A stretch of DNA of 60,684 bases, counting the filler. It is 7 parts of 7 records of this genome, joined end to end, with 100 filler letters (N's around TTAATTAATTAA, not from the genome) between each part and the next. Parts side by side here need not be neighbours in the genome. Positions count along the whole stretch, not along the records: positions 27,289 to 33,839 come from SRR31156797_49284; positions 33,940 to 39,381 come from SRR31156797_49318; 5 more parts are not named here. One strand, written 5' to 3'. The position numbers and the translations under genes are program-made. Of the stretch, positions 27,289 through 36,669 are shown one piece after another. The first letter of the stretch is position 1. Every line of letters begins with the position of its first letter. Below the pieces are notes generated by a model, which saw nothing but the letters and a program-made list of their open reading frames with translations, did no database searches and had not been told where the DNA came from.

Positions 27289-28062
27289 GCCGGTGTCCTG
27301 AAAAAAGGCATTCCCGCGGTCACCGTACAGCAGGACCCCGCTGCGATGACGGTCCTGAAAGAGCAGGCCTTGGCCGTCAAGGCCCCTCTGAGCGTCACCG
27401 GAACGGATATTGATTTCTCCTACCGTTTCGAGACGTCGCGGGAGCACGGGCCGCACACGCGGATCTGCCTGACAACCTCAACGAGCAAGTTTGAACACAT
27501 CCGCGTGCCTCTGCATGGTCGGCACCAGGCGATCAATTGCGGTCTGGCCCTGGCTCTGCTGGACAAGCTGCGCTCCACCGGATACGACATCGACATCGAC
27601 AAGGCCGCTGACGGTCTGCACCAGGTCACGCTGGCCGGCCGAATGGAGATGATCTGCGAAGACCCGCGCATCATGATCGACGGGGCCCACAACGCCGCCA
27701 GCGTCCGAGCCCTGATCCATGCAATCGGCCAGAACATCCCCTATGATTCCATGGTGGTCATTTTTGGCTGCAACTCGGACAAAGATATCACCGGGATGCT
27801 CACCCAACTGCAATATGGGGCCGACAAGGTCATCTTTACACGCAGCAGTTCGCCCAAGGCCACCTCACCTCAGGATCTGGCGGACATGTACACCGAAATC
27901 TGCGGCAAGATGTGCCAGACCGCCAGCACTCTGGGCGAGGCCCTGCAATTGGCCCATAGCGCCGTCGGCCGCGAGGATCTGATCTGCATTACCGGCAGTT
28001 TTTATCTCATCGGCCAGGCCAAGATGCGTCTGCAGCACAACGTCGCGCTGGCGGCCTCCTAG
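27289..28062 (+). CDS. folC: Folylpolyglutamate synthase/dihydrofolate synthase (5'-truncated)
   Basis: Frame open from contig edge (AGVLKKGIP); GRHQAIN, GRME, IDGAHN, DKD, TGSFYLIG. Confidence 0.93.
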   Translation, partial: AGVLKKGIPAVTVQQDPAAMTVLKEQALAVKAPLSVTGTDIDFSYRFETSREHGPHTRICLTTSTSKFEHIRVPLHGRHQAINCGLALALLDKLRSTGYDIDIDKAADGLHQVTLAGRMEMICEDPRIMIDGAHNAASVRALIHAIGQNIPYDSMVVIFGCNSDKDITGMLTQLQYGADKVIFTRSSSPKATSPQDLADMYTEICGKMCQTASTLGEALQLAHSAVGREDLICITGSFYLIGQAKMRLQHNVALAAS

Positions 28063-28357
28063 AGAACTCCCACGTTCACCCTCAGTTTAGGGTTGACGCT
28101 CCTTTTCTCGGCCTTTCTAATCTCTGTCTTAGTTCGCCGCCTCTGGTGTGACGCTCAACGGCTTACGACACCGTGTGCCCCGTGCCGTCGCACAGGCGCC
28201 CCGGAGAGTGACAGCAGTTGGCGCGATTCGGTGACGGTGGTCCACCAGGAACGCATTGGGGGCAGTGGCCTCAGCGCGAGATCAGCCGCACCTGCCTTGG
28301 TCACACCGGATGGTCCACGCGGACAGATCAAAGGGGAGTATTGAGAAGGAGTCGCCG

Positions 28358-29830
28358 ATGGCCGAGAAGAGCAATTACATCGCCGTAGACCTGGGCGCCG
28401 AAAGCGGGCGCGTGATGCTGGGGACAATTGCCGACGGGCAACTGAACCTCGAAGAGATCCATCGCTTCGGCAACGGACCTCTCGAGCAGCAGGGTTCACT
28501 GCGATGGGATTTCGACCGACTGCTGTCTGAGATCAAAACCGGGATCGGCAAAGCGGTCCGAGAAGCCGACGGCAAGGCCCTGGGCATCGGCGTTGACACC
28601 TGGGGGGTGGACTTCGGATTGATCGGCGCCGACGGGCAACTCATCGAAGCCCCCTACCATTATCGCGACAGCCGGACCAACGGCATGATGGACAAGGCCT
28701 TTGAGTTGATGCCGAAGAGAGACATCTATCAGAACACCGGCATTCAGTTCATGCAACTCAACTCCCTCTATCAACTGCTCGCCATGCGCCGGGCGAACTC
28801 AGATGCGCTGGCCAAGGCCGAGAAGCTGATCTTCATAGCAGACCTGCTGTCATACTTCCTCTGCGGCCAGGCGTTTGGCGAATACACCCTGGCCAGCACC
28901 TCGCAAATGATGGACATGACCACCGGGCAATGGTCGGCGCCGATCTTCGAGAAGCTCGGGCTGCCCGTGAACATCATGCCCCCGATTGTCATGCCGGGCA
29001 CCGTGGTCGGTGAGCTGACCGACGCGATCGCCCAAGAGATCGGCTGCGAAAAGGTCCCCGTCATCGCGGTCGGATCGCACGACACGGCATCGGCCGTGCT
29101 GGGCGTCCCGGGCAGCGGAAGCAACTGGGCCTATCTGTCCTCGGGCACGTGGAGCCTGATGGGCGTCGAGATCCCCCAGGCCATCGTCAATGACAAGAGC
29201 TTCGAGCACGAGTTCACCAACGAGGGCGGCGTGGAGAATACCATCCGCCTGCTGAAGAATATCATGGGCCTCTGGCTCGTGCAGGAATGCAAACGGCAAT
29301 GGCAGCGTGAGGGCCAGGACTTGTCTTACGGGGAATTGGCCGCAATGGCGACTCAGGCCGAACCGTTCTTCGGGCACGTCGAATGCGACTGTAGCGACTT
29401 CCTCGCACCCGGTGACATGCCGTCGCGCATCAACAAGCATCTTTCCGAGACCGGTCAGAAACCAACGGACGACAAGGGCCAGATGGTGCGTCTCGTACTC
29501 GAGAGCCTGGCCCTGAAATACCGCTCGACGGTCGAGGCCATTGAGGACATCACGGGGCAGACCATCGACGTGCTGCATATCGTCGGCGGTGGCATCCAGA
29601 ACGAATTGCTCTGTCAGTTCGCCGCCAATGCGATCGGCAAGAAGGTCGTCACCGGTCCGATCGAAGCGACCGCCAGTGGCAACATCCTGATGCAGGCCAG
29701 AGCCACGGGACAAATCCAGAGCATCGAAGAGGCTCGCCAGGTCGTTCGCAACTCCTTCGACCTGAAAGACTATCAGCCGCAGGACTCGGCCCTCTGGGCT
29801 CAGAGATACAAGCAATGCAGCACCCGCTGA
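28358..29830 (+). CDS. Rhamnulokinase/fuculokinase-like FGGY sugar kinase
   Basis: AVDLGAESGR, GVDTWGVDF, YRDSRT, HDTASA, SSGTWSLMG, NIMGLW, VGGG, GPIEATASGN; AAGGAG RBS. Confidence 0.92.
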   Translation: MAEKSNYIAVDLGAESGRVMLGTIADGQLNLEEIHRFGNGPLEQQGSLRWDFDRLLSEIKTGIGKAVREADGKALGIGVDTWGVDFGLIGADGQLIEAPYHYRDSRTNGMMDKAFELMPKRDIYQNTGIQFMQLNSLYQLLAMRRANSDALAKAEKLIFIADLLSYFLCGQAFGEYTLASTSQMMDMTTGQWSAPIFEKLGLPVNIMPPIVMPGTVVGELTDAIAQEIGCEKVPVIAVGSHDTASAVLGVPGSGSNWAYLSSGTWSLMGVEIPQAIVNDKSFEHEFTNEGGVENTIRLLKNIMGLWLVQECKRQWQREGQDLSYGELAAMATQAEPFFGHVECDCSDFLAPGDMPSRINKHLSETGQKPTDDKGQMVRLVLESLALKYRSTVEAIEDITGQTIDVLHIVGGGIQNELLCQFAANAIGKKVVTGPIEATASGNILMQARATGQIQSIEEARQVVRNSFDLKDYQPQDSALWAQRYKQCSTR

Positions 29831-29893
29831 CACCGAACCAAACGAACAGCGAGACCGGCCCATGAAAGGGCACGGCGTTAAGGAGACAGGCAC

Positions 29894-31219
29894 TTGATCG
29901 AGCAGCTTGAGCAGCAATTGGACAGTTTTGATGCCACCGAACGTGAGGAGGCGCTGTCGGCCTTGTGTGACCGGATCAAGTCGGGCCACATCGACGTGCC
30001 GGAGCCGGGCGACTTCGTCAATCTCCACTGCCACACGTTCTTCTCCTATAACGCGTACGGCTATTCACCCAGCAAATTTGCCTGGCTGGCCCGCAAAGCG
30101 GGATTGGCCGTGGTGGGGACAGTGGACTTCGACGTGCTGGACGCCCTGGACGAATTTCGCCAGGCCTGCAAGCTGTTGGGGCTGAAGGGGTGTTCGGGTC
30201 TGGAGACGCGCGTCTTCGTTCCCGAGTTTGCCACGCGCGTGATCAACTCGCCCGGCGAGCCGGGCATCTCATACCATATGGGCGTCGGCTTTCCCAGCTC
30301 GAATGTCCCCGAGTCACAGGCCGATTTCCTCAAGAAGCTCAAAGAGACCTCGCAAGAACGAAATCATGGTCTCATGACACGCGTCAACGAGTATCTTCGT
30401 CCGGTGGAGTTGGATTACCAGCGCGACCTGCTGGCACTGACCCCGGCCGGCAATGCGACCGAACGACACATGTGCCTGGCGTATGCCCGCAAGGCCGTGG
30501 AGCTCTTCGGAGAAGGCAGCGAACTGGCGGCGTTCTGGACGGAGAAGCTGGGCGTCGACGCGATATCTCTGGGACTGCCCGAAGGCCGCGACCTGATGAA
30601 CATGATCCGGGCCAAGACCATGAAACGCGGCGGCGTCGGTTACGTACAACCGGACAAGGGCTCGTTTCCCCTGATGGCCGACACGAACGAGTTCATCCTG
30701 GCCGCCGGTGGGATGCCCGTGCATACCTGGCTGGACGGCTCCAGTGATGGCGAGCAAGCCATCGAAGAACTTCTCGATGTGGCAATGAGCACCGGGGCCG
30801 TGGCGATCAACCTGATTCCGGATCGAAACTACACGCCCGGCGCGCAGGACGAGAAGGTCAAGAATCTCTACCAGGTGGCCGAGGTGGCCCAGCGGCGCGA
30901 TCTCGTCGTCGTGGGCGGCACCGAGATGAACAGTCCGGGCCAGAAGTTCGTCGACGATTTCAGTACGGACGAGTTGGCCCCCCTGCTGCCCGCCTTCTCG
31001 AAGGGAGCCCATATCGTGTACGCCCATTCCGTGCTCCAGCAACAGTGCGGCCTGGGGTACACCAGCGCCTGGGCCCAGCGCGAGTTCAAGAGCGCGGCCG
31101 AACGAAATAGTTTCTTCGAGCGCCTGGGCAAATCGATGCAGCCCGACCAGGAAACGAACCTGGCCGGTCTGGGTGAAAGCGCCACGCCCGAAGAAGTGTT
31201 GGAGCAGGCGATCGCTTGA
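29894..31219 (+). CDS. PHP-domain metal-dependent phosphoesterase-like protein
   Basis: NLHCHTFFS HxH motif, VDFD, GLETR, GTEMN; helical N-terminal extension. Confidence 0.75.
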   Translation: MIEQLEQQLDSFDATEREEALSALCDRIKSGHIDVPEPGDFVNLHCHTFFSYNAYGYSPSKFAWLARKAGLAVVGTVDFDVLDALDEFRQACKLLGLKGCSGLETRVFVPEFATRVINSPGEPGISYHMGVGFPSSNVPESQADFLKKLKETSQERNHGLMTRVNEYLRPVELDYQRDLLALTPAGNATERHMCLAYARKAVELFGEGSELAAFWTEKLGVDAISLGLPEGRDLMNMIRAKTMKRGGVGYVQPDKGSFPLMADTNEFILAAGGMPVHTWLDGSSDGEQAIEELLDVAMSTGAVAINLIPDRNYTPGAQDEKVKNLYQVAEVAQRRDLVVVGGTEMNSPGQKFVDDFSTDELAPLLPAFSKGAHIVYAHSVLQQQCGLGYTSAWAQREFKSAAERNSFFERLGKSMQPDQETNLAGLGESATPEEVLEQAIA

Positions 31220-31288
31220 TGGCTCAGACGGGTCTGCCTGGCCCGGCCAGACGCCACCGATCGCAAAGTGAAACAACGCATTGATCAG

Positions 31289-32971
31289 ATGAAAGCTCAA
31301 ACCATGAACATACCTGAATCGCAATGTGCCGTGCAGTTGGTGGGACCGGATCAACTCGTGCTCAACACGTCCAAGGACGTCTTTCGCCCCGGCCCCCACC
31401 AGATCCTGGCCCAGGTGGAGGTCGTCGGCCTGTGCTTTTCCGATCTGAAACTGCTCAAGCAGTTCACCGGCCACGTTCGCAAGGGCCCCGTCGTTGATGG
31501 TATTGATCTCGAGGTTCTCAAGGAGATCCCCAGCTACGTGCCCAGCGAGGCACCCACCGTCCCGGGCCATGAGACTGTGGTGCGCATCGTCGAGGTCGGC
31601 CCCGGGGTCGAGAAGCACAAACCGGGCGAGCGCTACCTGGTCCAAACGGATTACCGCTGGCTGCACACGGCCAGTTCCAACGCCGCGTTCGGCTACAACT
31701 TCGAAGGCGCCCTGCAGGAATACGTCCTGATGGACGAGCGTGTCATCACGGCTCCCAATGGCGAGTCGATGCTCATTCCCGCCGGCGAGGCCTTTTCCGG
31801 CTCGGCGATTGCCCTGTCCGAACCCTGGGCCTGTGTCGAAGACGCCTACGTCACGAAGGAGCGGACCACCCTCATGGGCGGCGGTCAGATGCTGATCGTG
31901 GTGGAGGCGGAGTTGCCACCGGGCCGGCTCAACGGTCTGTTCAAACGCTATGGCATGCCCGCCCGCATCACGTGGGTCTCCAAATCGTCACCTCCGGCGG
32001 ACCTGGAGATCGAGGTCATTCGCGCCCGCGATCCCGAAGATCTGGAAGATGCCGGCTACGACGACGTGGTCTATTTCGGGGCCGAGGCCAGCACGGTGGA
32101 AGGATTGTTCGCCAAGGTGGCCCCGCACGGGATATTGAACATTGTGCTGGAAGGTGAACGTTTCGGCCGTCCCGTCATGACAATGGTCGGCCGAGTCCAT
32201 TACGGCGGTATTCGCATCGTCGGCACAACCGACGGCGACCCCGCCGACTCCATGAAGCATCTCCCCAAAACGGGAGAAATCCGGCACGGTGACAAGATCA
32301 ATGTCGTCGGTGCCGGCGGTCCCATGGGCATGATGCACGTCATCCGCAACCTCTGCCAGGGCGTGGAGGGCGTCAATGTCTTTGCCGGGGATTTGGACGA
32401 CAACCGCCTGGCCACCTTGACGAAGATCGCCGGCCCGCTGGCCCAACAAAATGGCGTCGACTACCAGGCGTACAATGCCAAGCAAGGTCCGGGCGACGAA
32501 CAGTTTGGCTATTCCGTGCTGATGGCGCCGATTCCCGCCCTCGTCGCGCAGGCCGTGCAGGACGCCGCCCCGCGCGGGATTATCAACATCTTCGCCGGCA
32601 TCCCGGCCACCGTCAGTGGCGAGATCGATCTCGATACCTACATCGAAAAGCAGCTCTATTTCATCGGCACCAGTGGCTCGACCCTCGACGACATGAAACG
32701 GATCTTGAGCAACGTCGAATCGAATCGGCTGGACACCAACGTCAGCGTGGCCGCCATCTCCGGGCTCGAAGGCGCGCTCGATGGAATTCGGGCGGTCGAG
32801 AACCGGTCCATTGCCGGCAAGATCATGGTCTATCCCGCGTGCAAAGGGCTCGGGTTGATCCCACTGGACCAACTCCAGGAGAAACTGCCCGAGGTCGCCA
32901 CCTGTCTGAACGATGGGCTCTGGACAACCGAGGCAGAGAAGAAACTCCTGGAGACACGCGGCGCCGGATAA
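31289..32971 (+). CDS. Elongated Zn-dependent MDR dehydrogenase (L-sorbose-1-phosphate reductase-like)
   Basis: GLCFSD, GHE, LSEPWACV catalytic Zn ligands; VVGAGGPMG NAD motif; GTSGS. Confidence 0.82.
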   Translation: MKAQTMNIPESQCAVQLVGPDQLVLNTSKDVFRPGPHQILAQVEVVGLCFSDLKLLKQFTGHVRKGPVVDGIDLEVLKEIPSYVPSEAPTVPGHETVVRIVEVGPGVEKHKPGERYLVQTDYRWLHTASSNAAFGYNFEGALQEYVLMDERVITAPNGESMLIPAGEAFSGSAIALSEPWACVEDAYVTKERTTLMGGGQMLIVVEAELPPGRLNGLFKRYGMPARITWVSKSSPPADLEIEVIRARDPEDLEDAGYDDVVYFGAEASTVEGLFAKVAPHGILNIVLEGERFGRPVMTMVGRVHYGGIRIVGTTDGDPADSMKHLPKTGEIRHGDKINVVGAGGPMGMMHVIRNLCQGVEGVNVFAGDLDDNRLATLTKIAGPLAQQNGVDYQAYNAKQGPGDEQFGYSVLMAPIPALVAQAVQDAAPRGIINIFAGIPATVSGEIDLDTYIEKQLYFIGTSGSTLDDMKRILSNVESNRLDTNVSVAAISGLEGALDGIRAVENRSIAGKIMVYPACKGLGLIPLDQLQEKLPEVATCLNDGLWTTEAEKKLLETRGAG

Positions 32972-33091
32972 GCAGCATCGGCGCACCCGGCGCCGGCTGG
33001 GAACAGACAGAACGAAACCACTGCCCGCCGGGCAGCGGCGCAGTGTTTGTCGCGCCAACATGCGCTTGTTGAATTGGGAAAAGGGGAAGAA

Positions 33092-33839
33092 ATGAAACGA
33101 GACCGGTGCCGCCCAACATGTCGATTCCTGAACCGTTCGTGCCAAGCCAGGACGGCTATCCTTCTGGCTTGTGTCGCCCTGCTCATGCTGTCCGCGGCTG
33201 GCCCCGTCAGCGCCGCCGATACGGAGTTCGATGGACTTCACATGAGCCTCGGCAACCTGCCCCGGCTCTCCAACGCCAAGACACGCTCTATCAGTCCGGA
33301 GAACTTCACCGGCGAGAAAGGCAAAGGCGGCATGGCGACCGAGGGCACCGGCGCCCGGGCGGCCCGCGACCTGGGACAGGGCTGGAAGGTTTCGCCCTCG
33401 GTGCGGATAGAGCCAGGCCAGACCTTTGTCATGGCGGACATCAACGCCTCCGGCGCGATCCAACACATCTGGATGACGCCGACCGGCAACAACCGTCTGA
33501 ACATCTTCCGCATCTACTGGGACAACGAGAAGGAACCTTCCGTGGAATGCCCTGTGGGTGATTTCTTCGCGTGCGGCATGGGCCAATACACGCAGGTGAC
33601 GTCGTCGGCCGTCTGTGTCAATCCGGGCAGTGGCTTCAACTGCTATTGGATGATGCCCTTCCGCAAGGGCTGCAAGATCACGATGACCAACATCGACGAC
33701 AAAGCCATGACGCTGTACTATCAGATCGACTACACCGTAACCCATGTCCCGGACGACCTGGCCTACTTCCACGCCCAGTTTCGCCGTATCAACCCCCTGC
33801 CTGAGAAGCAAGACTACACCATCGTCGACAGTATCAAAG
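33092..33839 (+). CDS. DUF2961 / GH172 glycoside hydrolase (3'-truncated)
   Basis: Signal peptide; TRSISPENFTGEKGKGGMA, GWKVSP, QHIWMT, PVGDFF, FNCYWMMPF, YFHAQFRR. Confidence 0.88.
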
Positions 33840-33939
33840 NNNNNNNNNNNNNNNNNNNNNNNNNNNNNNNNNNNNNNNNNNNNTTAATTAATTAANNNNN
33901 NNNNNNNNNNNNNNNNNNNNNNNNNNNNNNNNNNNNNNN
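33840..33939. other. Artificial contig spacer
   Basis: N44-TTAATTAATTAA-N44. Confidence 0.99.
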
Positions 33940-34047
33940 TATAGTTAATAAGGGTTTCAGTGGTTTTCGGGGCGTAGCAATACGCTCCAAATTTTACAGT
34001 AAATTGATAGGTTATAGCCGCACTAACCATACCGCCATTCGTTGAAT
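33940..34047 (+). repeat. attC-like imperfect palindrome, left end cut by contig break
   Basis: Arms TATAGTTAAT / ACTAACCATA (8/10; both mismatches are G.T on the bottom strand); ends in GTTGAAT = GTTRRRY. Confidence 0.55.
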
Positions 34048-34360
34048 CTATTAGTGACTTTTTGCTTAGCGGAATCCTCTCAGCTTCAGGCGTCAGCGAA
34101 GACGCCAACGATGTACTGGTAATTAAGGTGGATAAGAATGGGGATTGGATATATTAAGATTTGACCAGAATACTGGTTAAAACTTGTCAAATATCTTGTT
34201 GGGTATTGTTTTGGGTTCTTTTTGTACAGATTTCTGGTTATTTTTTGACAGTAAGAAAATATATTTAGAAATGGTAGCATGTAATTTCAAACAGCTTTTC
34301 AGTTAAGTAGGAAATAGGAAAAGCAATACATTTACTTGGAGTTAAAGATAGACTAATCTG

Positions 34361-34392
34361 GCCGTGCAGTAATGCAGGGCTTTTTAGTTTTT
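34361..34392 (+). terminator. Rho-independent terminator-like hairpin
   Basis: GCCGTGCA-GTAA-TGCAGGGC followed by TTTTT AG TTTT. Confidence 0.5.
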
Positions 34393-34452
34393 ATTAACTT
34401 TTTCATTTGTAACTATTTTAAAATATAGCCGTCATAATTCAAACCCATAATC

Positions 34453-35241
34453 ATGATGAATAAAATAGTTATAGCTTTTTTAGTCCTGCTTAACCCACAG
34501 TTAAAAGGCATTAAACCGGCCAATTCAAATTGGTTTGTCGATAAACAATCCGGATACTATATTTTCTATACCAATCAGGATAGATTAGACTTGAATGAAT
34601 ACACCAGCTATTTTGAACAGGGTAAGGCATTTGTGTCCGAATTTTTTAATAGTGATTTTAGCAATGAATTCGATGTGTATATTCACCCAAACCGTACCTC
34701 AATTGATGAAGCCTGGCAAAAGGATTGGAATATGCCGAATTTTACATCGGAATGTTGGATGGTAGCCAGCGGGGTGTCTACAAAATTGGATATTATTTCT
34801 CCCAAGCAATGGGATAGCCAGGCATGTGAACATAGTTATGAGGATGCCCAGAAAATACAACGATTAATTACCCATGAGATCGTTCATGTTTTTCATGGTC
34901 AGAAAAACAAAAGTCCAAACTTTGATAATGTAACCGGAATTGATTGGTTTATTGAAGGATTGGCTGTGTATGTATCGGGTCAGTGCGATTTACAACGCAC
35001 GTGTATGGTAAGGAAAGCCCTTGAAGAGCATAATATTCCTGATAAACTGGATGACTTTTGGAAAGGGGACTTAAGATACGGATTGTCCGGAACGCTCGTT
35101 ATGTATATCGATAAGACCTATGGTCGAGATGTGTTAATTGAAATGCTAGGTTTTAATCATGTGGATTCAGTGCTGCAGAAATTGAATACTACTGAAATAG
35201 AGTTGATTAATGACTGGCAAGATTATATGAAAGCTTTGTAA
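34453..35241 (+). CDS. Gluzincin (peptidase MA-like) metallopeptidase, probably secreted
   Basis: HEIVH = HExxH and downstream WFIEGLA Glu ligand; hydrophobic N-terminus. Confidence 0.8.
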   Translation: MMNKIVIAFLVLLNPQLKGIKPANSNWFVDKQSGYYIFYTNQDRLDLNEYTSYFEQGKAFVSEFFNSDFSNEFDVYIHPNRTSIDEAWQKDWNMPNFTSECWMVASGVSTKLDIISPKQWDSQACEHSYEDAQKIQRLITHEIVHVFHGQKNKSPNFDNVTGIDWFIEGLAVYVSGQCDLQRTCMVRKALEEHNIPDKLDDFWKGDLRYGLSGTLVMYIDKTYGRDVLIEMLGFNHVDSVLQKLNTTEIELINDWQDYMKAL

Positions 35242-35354
35242 TTCAAGGGCTAGCAATATTGAAATTTCTGGCTTATTACCTTGTGAAAATACAACATCAA
35301 AAGTAATATTATATATTCAAATAACCTGATGCGTAATATTTTAGATAGAATTTC

Positions 35355-36131
35355 TTAGCTGGCAAAAAAATAATTATTCAGTTTCTCAACAATCTGTCTT
35401 GCCCGGGTTATATTTGAATGTTTTATTGAGAGTTTATAACCATTTAATATCCCTATAATCTGATTGTCAGTTGGTTCTTTAGGGTTTCGTTTGATTGTAA
35501 ACTCTTTTTTTATTCCTTTAGTAGTTTTCTTTCTGTCAAATGTGGCAATGTATTTTCTTATTCTGCCGTCTTCAATATGAAAAGGAGCTTCGGGGGCTTT
35601 TATTTTCCTTTTGTTTTTATTCCAATTTTCGCCTGTTTTAATGCGGCCTATTTGCATTTCAGAAACCCCATATACCACGGCTATTTTCCGTAAGGCGTAT
35701 CCTTGCTTAATGAGCTTTTTAATTTGCTTTACATCTTCATGAGTAAGTTTCGTATTGGCAAATTTCCTTTTTTTAACCACAAGATTTGTGTAATGAAGGT
35801 TTTTTTTATTGCCATCCTTATAGTCAATCTCTTGCCTGTTTTTATTAAATCCTTTGGGAAGTAAACCAAAGGTAATTGCAACTAACGTGGCTACCGGAAC
35901 ACTGTGTGGATTTCCATTTGAGTCTGTTAGGTATGCGTATCCATGCCTGAGTTTACCGTTTTGGATTCGGAATTGGACTTTCATTTCGACTATGTATACT
36001 CTGCCCTTTGTCCTCCATGTCCTTTTTCTATCCGTATCAGTTCTGTAAATCCGCCCAGATTCACTTATGTGGTATCTTTCAAAACCCTTTATTCTAAAGC
36101 ATTCCTCATCATTTATTATCAACTTATTCAT
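35355..36131 (-). CDS. NUMOD4 + degenerate HNH + HTH protein
   Basis: IKGFERYHISESGRI (NUMOD4); VATLVA...EIDYKDGNKKNLHYTNL (HNH_3-like, His residues lost); KLTHEDVKQIK...IAVVYGVSEMQIGRIKTGENW HTH. Confidence 0.8.
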   Translation of the reverse strand: MNKLIINDEECFRIKGFERYHISESGRIYRTDTDRKRTWRTKGRVYIVEMKVQFRIQNGKLRHGYAYLTDSNGNPHSVPVATLVAITFGLLPKGFNKNRQEIDYKDGNKKNLHYTNLVVKKRKFANTKLTHEDVKQIKKLIKQGYALRKIAVVYGVSEMQIGRIKTGENWNKNKRKIKAPEAPFHIEDGRIRKYIATFDRKKTTKGIKKEFTIKRNPKEPTDNQIIGILNGYKLSIKHSNITRARQIVEKLNNYFFAS

Positions 36132-36167
36132 TGGTAAAATTGCGGCTTATGGTTTAATTAGATAATA

Positions 36168-36175
36168 CAAATATA
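36168..36175 (-). promoter_or_regulatory. Bacteroidota housekeeping promoter -7 element
   Basis: TATATTTG on minus strand matches TAnnTTTG, 36 nt upstream of ATG 36131. Confidence 0.6.
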
Positions 36176-36333
36176 TAAAATCTGAAGTTTTATATGGAAA
36201 TCAGCTTTTCAATTAAATGCAGCAATTTAGGGCTATGTGATAATGCAAAGAGTTTAGTTAAAGCTAATCCATCTAATATTAATCATAATTTCAACTAATT
36301 TATTTTTTGAGTGTTTACAAATTACTTAAAACT

Positions 36334-36609
36334 ATGCAGATGAAGGAAAATGAAATAGACCGCATCATCGAAATGGCTTGGGAAGATCGTACGCCATTTG
36401 AAGCTATTGATGCTCAGTTTGGCTTGAGAGAAGCTGAGGTGATTAAATTAATGCGCAGAGAGCTCAAACCAGGTTCTTTTCGAATGTGGCGCAAAAGGGT
36501 GAATAGTGGCGTGAGTCAAAAGCATTTGAAAAAACGAAGCGGTGATATTGATCGGTTCAAATGCACCCGCCAACGAATTATTTCTAATAATAAAATATCA
36601 AAAAGATAA
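36334..36609 (+). CDS. TIGR03643/DUF2805 family protein
   Basis: RIIEMAWEDRTPFEAI...SFRMWRKRV...KH signature. Confidence 0.9.
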   Translation: MQMKENEIDRIIEMAWEDRTPFEAIDAQFGLREAEVIKLMRRELKPGSFRMWRKRVNSGVSQKHLKKRSGDIDRFKCTRQRIISNNKISKR

Positions 36610-36669
36610 TTTTGTAATCCACTTATTTGTATTTTAGTGAAGCTTGTGGAATCATAAAAAATTACTGTT

